NCBI RefSeq assembly: GCF_050920415.1
Contig: NZ_CP169309.1
From: Escherichia coli
GTDB taxonomy: Bacteria > Pseudomonadota > Gammaproteobacteria > Enterobacterales > Enterobacteriaceae
Strand: one strand, 5' to 3'
Length of the DNA: 64,000 bases
The number at the start of each line of letters is the position of its first letter. Position 1 is the stretch's first letter. The position numbers and the translations under genes are program-made. Below, piece by piece: positions 1 through 10,308 of the stretch. The notes beneath the pieces are model-generated. The model was not told the DNA's origin, made no database searches, and saw nothing but the letters and a program-made list of their open reading frames with translations.

Positions 1-212
1 TAACCTTCGTTGACCAGCCAGTTCAGGCGCTGCTGCTGGCTACTGAAGGTCACACTGTTCGGACGCACATGTGTCGCCATAAAGGCGTCAACGGCCTGGC
101 GATCTTTATCGAACTGAATGCGACCCGCGTTATCGTAAATATTAAGCATCGCATTCAGAGCGTGGTAATCCGTCGTTTCCTGCGTCAGGCGTTCTGCGGT
201 TGTCGTTGCCAA
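1..212 (-). CDS. nrdE: Class Ib ribonucleotide reductase alpha subunit NrdE, N-terminal part (continues beyond window start)
   Basis: Minus-strand translation from TTG at 212-210 reads (M)[38 protein letters not shown]..., matching NrdE; lies downstream of nrdH-nrdI in the same orientation. Start codon choice (TTG, overlapping the nrdI 3' end) is inferred. Confidence 0.8.
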   Translation of the reverse strand, partial: MATTTAERLTQETTDYHALNAMLNIYDNAGRIQFDKDRQAVDAFMATHVRPNSVTFSSQQQRLNWLVNEG

Positions 213-595
213 AATTCGGTTACTCCTTTACGAACGTTTTCGATATCGCTTTGCGTACCCATGAGTTCAAAGCGGTACAGCCACGGCACGCCGCATTTCC
301 GGGCAATCACATCTCCGGCGCGGCCATACGCCTCACCAAAGTTGCGATTACCCGAAGCAATAACGCCGCGAAGCAACGCCCGGTTGTGCGCGTCGTTTAA
401 AAAGCGAATTACCTGTCGTGGCACCGCGCCAGCTGTACCGCCGCCGCCGTAAGAGGGCACGATCAGGATGTAAGGCTCGTCTACCTGAATCCGTTCCCGC
501 TCATTGAGCGGGATGCGCACCGCGGGCAGTCCTAAACGTTCGATAAAACGCTGCGTATTTTCGGAGCTGCTGGAAAAGTAGACGAGTTGGCTCAT
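185..595 (-). CDS. nrdI: Flavodoxin-like NrdI (class Ib RNR maturation factor)
   Basis: 136-aa [32 protein letters not shown]... recognised as NrdI; operon context nrdH-nrdI-nrdE. Confidence 0.95.
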   Translation of the reverse strand: MSQLVYFSSSSENTQRFIERLGLPAVRIPLNERERIQVDEPYILIVPSYGGGGTAGAVPRQVIRFLNDAHNRALLRGVIASGNRNFGEAYGRAGDVIARKCGVPWLYRFELMGTQSDIENVRKGVTEFWQRQPQNA

Positions 596-837
596 GCACT
601 GGCCGCGTGTGGCGCTGGATGCAGACGATTGATCATGTCCGGGCGGAAACCAGACCAGCTAAGATCGCCTGCAATCACTACCGGCAACTGACGAAAGCCC
701 TGAGCACGTAACGCTTCCGCCGCTTCAGGAACGCGATCGACATTAATCATTTCAAAATCAAAGCCCCGGTTTTCCATCGCCCGTTTGGTGGCGTGGCACT
801 GAACGCAATCGTTACGAGTGTAAATAGTAATGCGCAT
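592..837 (-). CDS. nrdH: Glutaredoxin-like protein NrdH
   Basis: 81-aa [29 protein letters not shown]... with CVQC redox motif; 4-nt overlap with nrdI. Confidence 0.95.
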   Translation of the reverse strand: MRITIYTRNDCVQCHATKRAMENRGFDFEMINVDRVPEAAEALRAQGFRQLPVVIAGDLSWSGFRPDMINRLHPAPHAASA

Positions 838-1023
838 GATTCGTATTTCCGTTTAAAATGAAGATACGGCGCGATGATACGCGTCGGGTTGTCTCTCTGT
901 TGATACAGAGATACTAGATGTAGTTGAAAAAAGATTCAACCACACAATATATAGCAAATGGTGGTCGAAATTACCCTGGGTATGAGCGTGACGGGGTAGG
1001 GGGATTTTTGTGATTCACCAGGC

Positions 1024-1054
1024 AAAAAGAAACCCCGAAGCCAGGCTTCGGGGT
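1024..1054 (-). terminator. Rho-independent terminator downstream of ygaM
   Basis: Hairpin ccccgaagcc-aggc-ttcggggt followed on the minus strand by a T-rich run (tttcttttt). Confidence 0.5.
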
Positions 1055-1084
1055 CAAAGACGCGTATTTATTATCATTGTTGCA

Positions 1085-1414
1085 CTACGATTTGCGCATG
1101 CTTAACAGTGCGCCGATAAAAATACCAACCGCAGCTGCTGTACCCACGCTACACCAGGGTCTTTCACGAACAAAAGAATCCGCGCAGCCAACGGCATCGT
1201 GCGCGGCTTGCTGAACGCGAGTACGACCATGCATTCGCGCTCTGGTTTCTTTCAGTAGAGCCTGCGCTTTACTACGAGCGGCTTCGGCTTCCCCTTTGGC
1301 GTCGCTGCCCCAGGACTTCAATACAGATTCGAGGCTGTCAGCTAATTGATTGACATCATTCTGGATATCCTGCACGCCATCATCGACGTCGTTGCGGTTC
1401 GGTCGGTTAAACAT
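1085..1414 (-). CDS. ygaM: ElaB/YqjD family (DUF883) membrane-anchored protein YgaM
   Basis: ORF ...MFNRPNRNDVDDGVQDIQNDVNQLADSLESVLK... with C-terminal hydrophobic anchor; start placed at the second Met (109 aa) rather than the ORF-track Met at 1426. Confidence 0.85.
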   Translation of the reverse strand: MFNRPNRNDVDDGVQDIQNDVNQLADSLESVLKSWGSDAKGEAEAARSKAQALLKETRARMHGRTRVQQAAHDAVGCADSFVRERPWCSVGTAAAVGIFIGALLSMRKS

Positions 1415-1565
1415 ATGATCCCCCATTAGAATTCGATGTAATTTTCAGTGTAGACCATAATTTTCTTAACTGAGGTTCATCGCGGCTTTATGGACTTTTC
1501 TGAAAGCGTTGTGAATGCGCAATCAGGTAAGGTAGGCCCGCGGTTGATAATAACGAGGATCAAAT

Positions 1566-1910
1566 ATGTATTTACGACCAGACGAGGTGGCGCGCGTACT
1601 TGAAAAAGTCGGTTTTACTGTCGATGTGGTAACTCAGAAAGCGTATGGTTACCGCCGTGGGGAAAATTATGTCTATGTTAATCGCGAAGCACGCATGGGA
1701 CGTACCGCTCTGGTAATTCATCCAACATTAAAAGAACGCAGTTCAACACTGGCTGAACCCGCTTCCGATATTAAAACGTGCGATCATTACCAGCAATTTC
1801 CGCTCTATTTAGCGGGTGAATGTCATGAGCATTACGGTATCCCGCATGGCTTTAGTTCGCGTGTTGCGCTTGAACGTTATTTGAATGGTTTATTTGGCGA
1901 AGCCAGTTAA
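1566..1910 (+). CDS. ygaC: Uncharacterized protein YgaC
   Basis: 114-aa [41 protein letters not shown]... in conserved position between ygaM and alaE. Confidence 0.9.
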   Translation: MYLRPDEVARVLEKVGFTVDVVTQKAYGYRRGENYVYVNREARMGRTALVIHPTLKERSSTLAEPASDIKTCDHYQQFPLYLAGECHEHYGIPHGFSSRVALERYLNGLFGEAS

Positions 1911-1913
1911 AGA

Positions 1914-1936
1914 CGCGACTGGCGATGCCAGTCGCG
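1914..1936. terminator. Hairpin between convergent ygaC and alaE (probable terminator)
   Basis: Inverted repeat cgcgactggc / gccagtcgcg between the two stop codons. Confidence 0.4.
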
Positions 1937-1946
1937 AAAAGAAGGG

Positions 1947-2396
1947 TCAGGCTTTTACCTGCTGGTAACGGCTGACTTTAAACAGTCGGCGGCAATAATC
2001 GAGGAAGTAGCCATAAACCGCCCCCATCAACATCGAAACAACGATGTTTGAACTGACCGCCGCCATAATCTGATGCCAGTCTGCGCCCACCACTAACAAG
2101 ATCGCCACATACACCGGTGACTGGAACGTCACATACGCCAGGATATCCGCCAGATTTTTTACCCAGCCCGACGGACTAACTTTGCGTGCCGCACGCATAA
2201 ACAGATCGCGGTACATACCGTATGGCCATGCAATTAAGATGTTCACCGGAATCGCTACCAATCTGGAATAAAGAGACTGTTCGAAGCTCATTCCGGAGAG
2301 GAAAACTTCAATACACATGTTCACGACAGAACAGTAAACAACCATCGCGAACGTATCTGCAACTGCATGACGCAAGCGTGACTGCGGTGAGAACAT
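1947..2396 (-). CDS. alaE: L-alanine exporter AlaE
   Basis: 149-aa hydrophobic [43 protein letters not shown]... recognised as AlaE (YgaW). Confidence 0.9.
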   Translation of the reverse strand: MFSPQSRLRHAVADTFAMVVYCSVVNMCIEVFLSGMSFEQSLYSRLVAIPVNILIAWPYGMYRDLFMRAARKVSPSGWVKNLADILAYVTFQSPVYVAILLVVGADWHQIMAAVSSNIVVSMLMGAVYGYFLDYCRRLFKVSRYQQVKA

Positions 2397-3062
2397 GCTA
2401 ATGCTCCTTAATAAAAGCGTAATGGGACGTTAATAGAGATGAAAGCAGTGGATCTCATTGCCATCTGCATTTTCGCATAGCGTATATCGCTGGCTATGAC
2501 TAATCAATTAGTGAAAAATTTTTATTTAATCTGTTTTTGTAGATAAAATATTCCGTAGCGGCGCGTTTTTTGTACATTGTGGATTTTTACATGCTGATAT
2601 GATTTATTTTTAATTAAATCAATTAGATATGCACGTATCTTTATTTTCACTAATGAAAGTTTGGGGGTGAGGTAACGCTATAAGCGTAGAGAGTTCGGTG
2701 TATGCAGTGACTGGGTCATTTTCAGCATTTTTTATGCCAGACAATGTACATTAACAGCAGAAAGCACCAGTGAGTGATGTTTATTTTTATTCGTATATAT
2801 TGCATTTTTATTCGATTTGGTTTTATCAGGCTTGCGGAATTAGCGAGCAGAGAGCGCCGCTCTGTTCACCAATAACCGAAATTACTCATCAAATTGGCTA
2901 ATATATAATCTTGAAATTATTCTGAGAGTTTCAGAAAATAACAGCTGAAATAATCTCGTGCAGGACTGTAAATAGATTAAATTTTGTGGAAATATAATAA
3001 GTGATCGCTTACACTACGCGACGAAATACTTTTTGTTTTGGCGTTAAAAGGTTTCCTTTATT

Positions 3063-3467
3063 ATGTCCGTAATGTTACAAAGTCTAAATAACATTCGCAC
3101 TCTCCGTGCGATGGCTCGCGAATTCTCCATTGACGTTCTTGAAGAAATGCTCGAAAAATTCAGGGTTGTCACTAAAGAAAGACGTGAAGAAGAAGAACAG
3201 CAGCAGCGTGAACTGGCAGAGCGCCAGGAAAAAATTAGTACCTGGCTGGAGCTGATGAAAGCTGACGGAATTAACCCGGAAGAGTTATTGGGTAATAGCT
3301 CTGCTGCTGCACCACGCGCTGGTAAAAAACGCCAGCCGCGTCCGGCAAAATATAAATTCACCGATGTTAACGGTGAAACTAAAACCTGGACCGGTCAGGG
3401 CCGTACACCGAAGCCAATCGCTCAGGCGCTGGCAGAAGGTAAATCTCTCGACGATTTCCTGATCTAA
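3063..3467 (+). CDS. stpA: H-NS paralogue, nucleoid-associated protein StpA
   Basis: 134-aa [39 protein letters not shown]... with C-terminal [12 protein letters not shown]-binding motif; preceded by a ~660-bp AT-rich regulatory region (2400-3060). Confidence 0.95.
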   Translation: MSVMLQSLNNIRTLRAMAREFSIDVLEEMLEKFRVVTKERREEEEQQQRELAERQEKISTWLELMKADGINPEELLGNSSAAAPRAGKKRQPRPAKYKFTDVNGETKTWTGQGRTPKPIAQALAEGKSLDDFLI

Positions 3468-3513
3468 TTACTGAGGCCGGATGTCGCTGCTATGGCGCGT
3501 CCGGCGTCGCTTC

Positions 3514-4038
3514 TCAAGCTTGTTGGTTCCACGGCATCTTATCTAACAACCTTGCCATCCCACAAAAACCGCTAATTCCTGCAAACAGTAACCCGGCACC
3601 AACAAAGCCACTTAATAAGAAGAAACCACTATTTACGGTATAACCCAGTACAACGCCGATTAATATTAAACCACCCGCGGCGATCTGCACCTGGCGCATT
3701 AACGGCAAGGGTTGAGACTTATTTACCGCAACTGGCAATCCTGCTTTTTTCCAGCCATCAATCCCATCTTCGAGTAAAAAGATTTCTGCGGGTGCGGCAA
3801 TCGCTGCTAATTTATCGGCGTTATTACTGGTGCGTTTACCTGCCTGGCAGTGGAAGATAATTTGCTCACGACGTAATTTAGCCGGAAGACCTGACTGTTC
3901 GAGCACAGATAATGGAGCCAAATCTGCTTCAGGAATATGTTCACGAAGATATTCATCAGCATCACGAATATCGATTAACTTTGCGCCGCGTGCGATTAAT
4001 TCTTGTGCATCATGCGGCGAAATGGTTGTCAAAGCCAT
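3514..4038 (-). CDS. ygaP: Membrane-anchored rhodanese-domain thiosulfate sulfurtransferase YgaP
   Basis: 174-aa ORF with rhodanese active-site region ([12 protein letters not shown]) and C-terminal two-helix membrane anchor. Confidence 0.9.
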   Translation of the reverse strand: MALTTISPHDAQELIARGAKLIDIRDADEYLREHIPEADLAPLSVLEQSGLPAKLRREQIIFHCQAGKRTSNNADKLAAIAAPAEIFLLEDGIDGWKKAGLPVAVNKSQPLPLMRQVQIAAGGLILIGVVLGYTVNSGFFLLSGFVGAGLLFAGISGFCGMARLLDKMPWNQQA

Positions 4039-4047
4039 AGTGACTCC

Positions 4048-4347
4048 TTACGGACAATAGACATTTTTCAGGGTGGCGATAATGGCATTTACCGCCTCAT
4101 TTTTAATGGAATATAGAATGCGTTGGGCATCCCGTTGGCTGTCGATAAGCCCTTCGTCCCGCATACGAGCGAGATGCTGTGATGTTGCAGAGGCACTTAG
4201 TCCGGTAATGCGCGTCAGCTCTCCCGCACTGGTACCGGGGGAACCGCTAAGCATGCACAGAATCAGCAACCGTTTAGGGTGGCTCATTGCTTTCAATAAG
4301 GCCGCTGCCTGTTCGGCACTGGCCTGTAATTGCGCGAGTTCAGTCAT
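4048..4347 (-). CDS. ygaV: ArsR/SmtB-family transcriptional regulator YgaV
   Basis: 99-aa ORF with winged-HTH ArsR-like signature; forms an operon with ygaP (9-bp gap). Confidence 0.9.
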   Translation of the reverse strand: MTELAQLQASAEQAAALLKAMSHPKRLLILCMLSGSPGTSAGELTRITGLSASATSQHLARMRDEGLIDSQRDAQRILYSIKNEAVNAIIATLKNVYCP

Positions 4348-4529
4348 AGTTATTTAAGTGTTTTCTAAATTAAGTAAACTCTAAACTAAAAATACAATAT
4401 ATGCCAGCATCAGCAGCGTAAATGAGAGTAAAAGCGTAAGCTGAAACTGGCAGGCTCCGCTAAAATTACTACGCTTAAGAGATAAAATCTCTTTTTAAAC
4501 AATGAGTAATTTTCTTATAGGGAGTACAT

Positions 4530-4688
4530 ATGGGTTTCTGGAGAATCGTCATCACCATCATTCTGCCGCCGCTCGGCGTGCTGCTCGGTAAAGGGTTCGG
4601 TTGGGCGTTCATTATTAATATTCTGCTGACACTGCTTGGGTATATCCCCGGTTTGATTCACGCGTTCTGGGTGCAAACCCGCGATTAA
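4530..4688 (+). CDS. yqaE: Pmp3/UPF0057 family small membrane protein YqaE
   Basis: Plus-strand 52-aa ORF MGFWRIVITIILPPLGVLLGKGFGWAFIINILLTLLGYIPGLIHAFWVQTRD, absent from the ORF track because it is under 60 aa; the track instead lists an antisense ORF 4515..4700. Confidence 0.85.
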   Translation: MGFWRIVITIILPPLGVLLGKGFGWAFIINILLTLLGYIPGLIHAFWVQTRD

Positions 4689-4771
4689 ACCTGTCCTCAC
4701 CCCCGCGGCGTTAACGCGCCGCGTTCCTCTGCTACACTTTCTGAGTGTTTCCGTTAACGAATGAGGTAGCT

Positions 4772-5221
4772 ATGGGTCTGTTCAATTTTGTGAAAGATGC
4801 CGGAGAAAAACTCTGGGACGCGGTTACAGGTCAGCACGATAAAGACGATCAGGCGAAGAAGGTGCAGGAGCATTTGAACAAAACCGGTATACCTGATGCC
4901 GATAAAGTGAATATTCAAATTGCCGACGGCAAAGCGACGGTCACTGGTGACGGCTTAAGTCAGGAGGCGAAGGAGAAAATCCTTGTTGCGGTGGGGAATA
5001 TTTCCGGTATTGCCAGTGTCGATGATCAGGTGAAAACGGCGACACCAGCCACTGCCAGCCAGTTTTATACCGTTAAGTCTGGCGACACTCTGAGTGCCAT
5101 TTCCAAACAGGTCTACGGTAATGCCAATCTGTACAATAAAATCTTCGAAGCGAATAAACCGATGCTAAAAAGCCCGGATAAAATTTACCCGGGGCAGGTG
5201 TTGCGTATTCCTGAAGAGTAG
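4772..5221 (+). CDS. kbp: K+-binding protein Kbp (BON + LysM domains)
   Basis: ORF with internal start [21 protein letters not shown]... preceded by GAGG RBS; C-terminal LysM ([18 protein letters not shown]...); 149 aa. Confidence 0.9.
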
Positions 5222-5884
5222 TTAATTGCCAGCCATTGCCTGCTGGATAATGGGAATTGGCGTCAGTAAATGCTGGCGCATTAACTCACTGGCGCGCGCG
5301 GTATCTCGCGCCAGTACCGCCGCAGTCAGGGTCTGGTGCTGATCGCGTTTATCCTCCAGCATTTCCACCGAAAGCACTGTTCGCCGCAGCCAGATAAATC
5401 GATAGCGCGCCGCCAGATCAAACAACCGTTCACGCATTTGCAGCAAATAGTGAGAACCACAGCCCGCCACAATTGCAGTATGAAACGCCTGATGACGCAG
5501 ATCCCACTCATCAAGCATTTTCTCACTGGCGTCACAGGCCTCCAGCTTACTCAGCAGATGCGCTTTTGCGAGAACGTCTGCCTCCCATTCATCGCCACCG
5601 CGGGCAATCGCCAGACTGACCAGCATCGCTTCCATATTGGCGCGGGCGTCGAAAATATCGAGCAGCTCCTGCTCTGACATAGACGCCACCCGATACCCTT
5701 TTTGATTCACCACCGTGACCAGTCGTTCTGCTACCAGTTGCGAAAGCGCTTCCCGCAACGGCCCAACGCCAAGTGCATAACGCGATGTCAGCAAACTCAT
5801 CCGTAATTTTTCATCCGGTTGAAAATTACCGCGAATAATATCGTTCTTCAGCCAGCGATAGCCATCCAGAGACGTAATGGTCAT
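5222..5884 (-). CDS. csiR: GntR-family transcriptional repressor CsiR
   Basis: ORF MTITSLDGYRWLKNDIIRGNFQPDEKLRMSLL... (220 aa from the second Met); downstream of gabP. Confidence 0.9.
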   Translation of the reverse strand: MTITSLDGYRWLKNDIIRGNFQPDEKLRMSLLTSRYALGVGPLREALSQLVAERLVTVVNQKGYRVASMSEQELLDIFDARANMEAMLVSLAIARGGDEWEADVLAKAHLLSKLEACDASEKMLDEWDLRHQAFHTAIVAGCGSHYLLQMRERLFDLAARYRFIWLRRTVLSVEMLEDKRDQHQTLTAAVLARDTARASELMRQHLLTPIPIIQQAMAGN

Positions 5885-5904
5885 GGTGTGACTCCTGATC
5901 ATTA

Positions 5905-7305
5905 TTAGCGCGTATTATGAACGGGTGTTTTTTGCCACAATACCAGTTTTTTCCAGCGCGCCATAATCGGCACGGTACAGATTATCCCTATCGCTAATAA
6001 GCCGGTGGAGATGACCTCGAGTTGCTGTGCCGGGCGGAATAGCATCACTACCAACACAAAGGTAATAAAGCCGATTACCAGCCAGGTGAGCCACGGATAA
6101 AGCCACATTCGCAGGCGAATTTCGCTTCCTTCTGCTCGCAGGATTTTGCGCATCCGTAACTGTGAAACGGCGATGACTAAATAAACCAGCAGGGCGATAG
6201 CGCCGGAGCTGTCGATCAAAAATTTAAACACTTTCGCCGGTGCGTAATAGTTAACCACCACCGTTAAAAACGCCGCACCGGTCGAGAGTAATACCGCCAC
6301 ATACGGGGTTTTACTGCGGTTAATTTTGCCCATTACCGCGGGTGCATCACCGCGACGGCTTAAGGAGTAGAGCATCCTTGACGCGGTATACAGCGCCGAG
6401 TTCAGGCAACTGGTTACGGAAAGTAATATCACGCAGTCCATGATTAATTTCGCATGAGGAATATTGAGCAATTCCAGAACCGAGCGATAAGAACCCACGG
6501 CTTTCAGCCCCGGCATATTCCACGGAATTAATGCCACGACGACAAAAATAGAACACAAATAGAAAATAGAGATACGCCAGATAACCGAGTTGGTGGCGCG
6601 GACAATGTGTTTTTCCGGGGTGTCGGATTCCGCTGCGGCGATGGTGACAATTTCTGCGCCCATAAATGAGAACATGGTGATCAGCATCGCGCTTAATACT
6701 GCGCCGAAGCCGTTGGGCATAAAGCCGCCGCTATCCCATAATCTTGAAATACCGCTTACGTCGGCATACGGGTAAAAACCGCTAATCGCTACAGCGCCAA
6801 GGAATATAAACGCCAGAATGGCAATGACTTTGCACAGCGCCAGCCAGAATTCAAATTCGCCGTAGTTTTTAACGCTTAATAAATTACTGCCGGTTAAGGC
6901 GAGGGTAATGACGAGGGAAAATAACCAGATGGGAATGCCTGGAACCCACGAGTGCAGGATCATGGCGGCGATATTGGCTTCCAGCGGGATAACCAGTACC
7001 CAAAACCACCAGTACAGCCAGCCGATGGTATAGCCCGCCCAGCGACCAATGGCTTTGTCGGCATAGGTGGAAAAGGAGCCGGTATCGGGCGTGGCAACCG
7101 CCATTTCTGCCAGCATCCGCATAATCATAACTACCAGTAATCCGGCGAACAGATAGGCCAGTAATACCGCCGGGCCCGCTTCGGCGATGGCGACGCTGGA
7201 ACCGACAAACAAACTTGCGCCGATAACACCGGCAATAGACAACATGGTGACGTGGCGTGATTTCAGCCCGCCGCCTAACTCATGTGGTTGCGATGATTGC
7301 CCCAT
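5905..7305 (-). CDS. gabP: GABA permease (APC family)
   Basis: ORF with internal start MGQSSQPHELGGGLKSRHVTMLSIAGVIGASLF..., 12-TM amino-acid permease signature; 466 aa. Confidence 0.9.
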   Translation of the reverse strand: MGQSSQPHELGGGLKSRHVTMLSIAGVIGASLFVGSSVAIAEAGPAVLLAYLFAGLLVVMIMRMLAEMAVATPDTGSFSTYADKAIGRWAGYTIGWLYWWFWVLVIPLEANIAAMILHSWVPGIPIWLFSLVITLALTGSNLLSVKNYGEFEFWLALCKVIAILAFIFLGAVAISGFYPYADVSGISRLWDSGGFMPNGFGAVLSAMLITMFSFMGAEIVTIAAAESDTPEKHIVRATNSVIWRISIFYLCSIFVVVALIPWNMPGLKAVGSYRSVLELLNIPHAKLIMDCVILLSVTSCLNSALYTASRMLYSLSRRGDAPAVMGKINRSKTPYVAVLLSTGAAFLTVVVNYYAPAKVFKFLIDSSGAIALLVYLVIAVSQLRMRKILRAEGSEIRLRMWLYPWLTWLVIGFITFVLVVMLFRPAQQLEVISTGLLAIGIICTVPIMARWKKLVLWQKTPVHNTR

Positions 7306-7399
7306 CCTGAATCCTCTCGAAAGTGTGACACTTGGGAGAGCGGCCCGACATTTCCCGCGTCGGGTCACGCGTTTAATTGTTATTGGTTCTTTTTACCGG

Positions 7400-7530
7400 A
7401 GAGCGGCTCCGCCTTATCCGGCCGACATAGATTTATTCCTGTTCACGTACAGATTGTCGGATGCGGCGTAAACGCCTTATCCGACCTGGATTCTCGCAGG
7501 CCGGACAAGACGCAAAGCGTCGCCTCCGGC
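7400..7530. repeat. REP/BIME palindromic elements in gabT-gabP intergenic region
   Basis: Motifs gccttatccggcc, gtcggatgcggcgtaaacgccttatccgacc and aggccggacaagacgcaaagcgtcgcc resemble enterobacterial REP units. Confidence 0.6.
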
Positions 7531-7542
7531 ATGGGAGCGGTG

Positions 7543-8823
7543 CTACTGCTTCGCCTCATCAAAACACTGGCTGATAATTTCCAGACCCTGACGGATCTGA
7601 GCATCTTCAATAGTGAGCGGGACAAGGATGCGCAGCACGTTGTAATACGGGCCGCAGGAGAGAAGAATCAGGCCTTTATCGCGGGCGCGCGCCACGATGT
7701 CGGCGGTGAGTTTGGCGTCCGGTTTACTGTGTTCGCCTCCTTCAAACAGCTCGATAGCAATCATCGCCCCCAGCCCGCGAACGTCGCCGATCTCGGTATG
7801 TTTTTCGGCGATCGCCAATAATCCGTCTTTCAGCTTTTGCCCCAGGTCGTTGGCTTTTTGCAGCAGATTTTCCTGTTCAAACACCTTCAACACTTCCAGC
7901 GCCGCGACGCAGGCAATCGGGTTACCCGCATAGGTACCGCCCAGACCGCCTGGAGCGACGGCATCCATCACTTCGGCGCGCCCGGTGACGCCCGCCAGCG
8001 GGAAGCCGCCTGCGATCGATTTCGCAAAGGTGGTGAGATCCGGCGCGACGCCCATTTGCTCCATCGCAAACAGCGTGCCGGTACGTCCCGCGCCGCTTTG
8101 CACTTCATCGGCAATCAACATGATCCCGTGCTCGTCACACAGCGCGCGTAAACGCTGCATAAACGCAGGTGTCGCGGCGTAGAAACCGCCTTCACCCTGA
8201 ACCGGCTCAATCACGATGGCGGCAATATCTTCCGGCGCCGCGTCATTTTTAAAAATTCGGTGAATACTTGCGATAGCGTCATCTTCACTGATCCCGTGGA
8301 GCGGGCAAGGATAAAGCGCGCGATAAACATGCCCTGGCATCAGGCCCATACCCGCAGAGTACGGATTCACCTTGCCGGTCAGCGCCAGCGTGTAGTGCGT
8401 ACGCCCGTGATACGCGCCGCTAAAGGCGATGGTGCCGCTACGTTTGGTGGCGGCGCGGGCGATTTTCACCGCGTTTTCCACCGCTTCGGAACCAGTCGTC
8501 ACCAGCAGCGTTTTTTTGGCGAAATCGCCCGGTACCTTCTGATTCATTATTTCGCACAGCGCCAGATATGGCTCATAAGCCAGCACCTGGAAGCAAGTGT
8601 GCGACAGTTTTTTCAACTGCGCTTCCACTGCCGCCACCACTTTCGGATGCAGGTGCCCGGTATTGAGCACCGCAATCCCGCCCGCGAAATCAAGATACTC
8701 ACGGCCTTCAACGTCCCACACCCGGCAGTTTTCTGCGCGATCAGCGAAAATGGGGTGAATTTGCCCAACGCCACGGGGAATCGCCTGACTGCGGCGCTGC
8801 ATTAACTCTTTATTGCTGCTCAT
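7543..8823 (-). CDS. gabT: 4-aminobutyrate aminotransferase (PLP-dependent)
   Basis: 426-aa ORF MSSNKELMQRRSQAIPRGVGQIHPIFADRAENCRVWDVEGREYLDFAGGIAVLNTGH... recognised as GabT. Confidence 0.95.
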   Translation of the reverse strand: MSSNKELMQRRSQAIPRGVGQIHPIFADRAENCRVWDVEGREYLDFAGGIAVLNTGHLHPKVVAAVEAQLKKLSHTCFQVLAYEPYLALCEIMNQKVPGDFAKKTLLVTTGSEAVENAVKIARAATKRSGTIAFSGAYHGRTHYTLALTGKVNPYSAGMGLMPGHVYRALYPCPLHGISEDDAIASIHRIFKNDAAPEDIAAIVIEPVQGEGGFYAATPAFMQRLRALCDEHGIMLIADEVQSGAGRTGTLFAMEQMGVAPDLTTFAKSIAGGFPLAGVTGRAEVMDAVAPGGLGGTYAGNPIACVAALEVLKVFEQENLLQKANDLGQKLKDGLLAIAEKHTEIGDVRGLGAMIAIELFEGGEHSKPDAKLTADIVARARDKGLILLSCGPYYNVLRILVPLTIEDAQIRQGLEIISQCFDEAKQ

Positions 8824-8836
8824 TCGCGTTCTCCAG

Positions 8837-10285
8837 TTAAAGACCGATGCACATGTATTTGATTTCTAAATAATCTTCGATGCCATACTTCGAACCTTCA
8901 CGACCCAGACCCGAGGCTTTTATGCCGCCGAACGGGGCCACTTCATTGGAAATAATGCCGGTATTGATACCGACGATGCCGTATTCCAGCGCCTCGCCCA
9001 CGCGGAAGACGCGGCTTAAATCACGGGCGTAGAAATAGGCGGCAAGGCCAAACTCGGTGTCATTGGCCTGCGCAATCACATCGGCTTCATCTTTAAAACG
9101 GAACAGCGGGGCGAGGGGGCCGAACGTCTCTTCTTTCGACACTTTGGCGTTGGCCGGAACATCCACCAGAATGGTTGGCTGGAAGAAGTTGCCGCCGCGT
9201 TCATGCGCTTTACCGCCGCAAACCACGCGCGCGCCTTTCTCCAGCGCATCGGCGATATGCTCTTCCACTTTTGCTACCGCTTTTTCATCGATCAGTGGCC
9301 CAATGGTTACGCCTTTTTCCAGCCCATCACCGATGTGCAGTTTGCTCACCGCCTGCTGCAATTTTTCAGCAAAGCGGTCATACACGCCGTCCTGTACATA
9401 CAGGCGGTTGGCGCAGACGCAGGTTTGCCCGGCGTTACGGAATTTCGAGGCCAGCGCACCTTCCACGGCTTTATCGAGATCGGCATCGTCAAAGACGATA
9501 AACGGTGCGTTGCCGCCCAGCTCCAGCGACACTTTTTTGATGTCTTTCGCGCACTGTTCCATTAACTGACGGCCAATTTCGGTCGAGCCGGTAAACGACA
9601 GCTTGCGCACCAGCGGGTTGCTGGTCAGTTCGTTACCGACCGCGCCCGCCGAACCGGTCACCACGTTAAATACGCCAGCCGGAATGCCCGCGCGAATCGC
9701 CAGCTCTGCCAGCGCCAGCGCAGAGAACGGCGTCTGACTGGCGGGCTTCAGCACCATCGTGCAGCCTGCCGCCAACGCCGGACCGGCTTTGCGGGTAATC
9801 ATCGCCGCCGGGAAGTTCCACGGCGTGATAGCGGCGGTAACGCCAATCGGCTGCTTGATAACAATCAGGCGTTTATCGGCCTGATGACCGGGAATGGTGT
9901 CGCCATAAATACGCTTGCCTTCTTCGGCAAACCACTCAATAAATGAGGCGGCGTAGCTGATTTCGCCTTTCGCCTCCGCCAGCGGTTTTCCCTGTTCGAG
10001 GGTCATCAGGCGCGCTAAATCGTCCTGATGCTCCATCATCAAATTGAACCAGTTACGCAGAATGTTGGCGCGTTCTTTGGCGGTAAGGGCACGCCAGGCG
10101 GGCAGGGCGCGGTTGGCGGCGTCGATAGCGGCGCGGGTTTCATCTGCGCCCATTTTGGGTACGCTACCCAGCTTGTCGCCGTTTGCCGGATTAGTGACCT
10201 CGATGACTTCGCCATTGTTGGCGTCCAGCCATTCCCCGTTAATTAACGCCTGCTGGCGGAATAAGTTACTGTCGTTCAGTTTCAT
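8837..10285 (-). CDS. gabD: Succinate-semialdehyde dehydrogenase (NADP+)
   Basis: 482-aa aldehyde dehydrogenase ORF (ELGGNAP, catalytic Cys region GQTCVCANR). Confidence 0.95.
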   Translation of the reverse strand: MKLNDSNLFRQQALINGEWLDANNGEVIEVTNPANGDKLGSVPKMGADETRAAIDAANRALPAWRALTAKERANILRNWFNLMMEHQDDLARLMTLEQGKPLAEAKGEISYAASFIEWFAEEGKRIYGDTIPGHQADKRLIVIKQPIGVTAAITPWNFPAAMITRKAGPALAAGCTMVLKPASQTPFSALALAELAIRAGIPAGVFNVVTGSAGAVGNELTSNPLVRKLSFTGSTEIGRQLMEQCAKDIKKVSLELGGNAPFIVFDDADLDKAVEGALASKFRNAGQTCVCANRLYVQDGVYDRFAEKLQQAVSKLHIGDGLEKGVTIGPLIDEKAVAKVEEHIADALEKGARVVCGGKAHERGGNFFQPTILVDVPANAKVSKEETFGPLAPLFRFKDEADVIAQANDTEFGLAAYFYARDLSRVFRVGEALEYGIVGINTGIISNEVAPFGGIKASGLGREGSKYGIEDYLEIKYMCIGL

Positions 10286-10308
10286 CGCTACATCCTGTTT
10301 TTCAAAGG

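Noticed and set aside
69-452. 127-aa plus-strand ORF at window start
   Set aside because: Opposite strand encodes nrdE and nrdI; shadow ORF.
3476-3507. Possible terminator hairpin after stpA
   Set aside because: The inverted repeat gccgga...tccggc is interrupted and not followed by a clear T-run; too weak to report as a feature.
4515-4700. 61-aa minus-strand ORF
   Set aside because: The opposite strand encodes the recognisable small membrane protein YqaE (4530..4688, plus); the minus ORF is its antisense shadow.
5326-5677. ORFs 5326..5535 (minus) and 5336..5677 (plus) within csiR
   Set aside because: Overlap the confidently assigned csiR frame; no independent signals.
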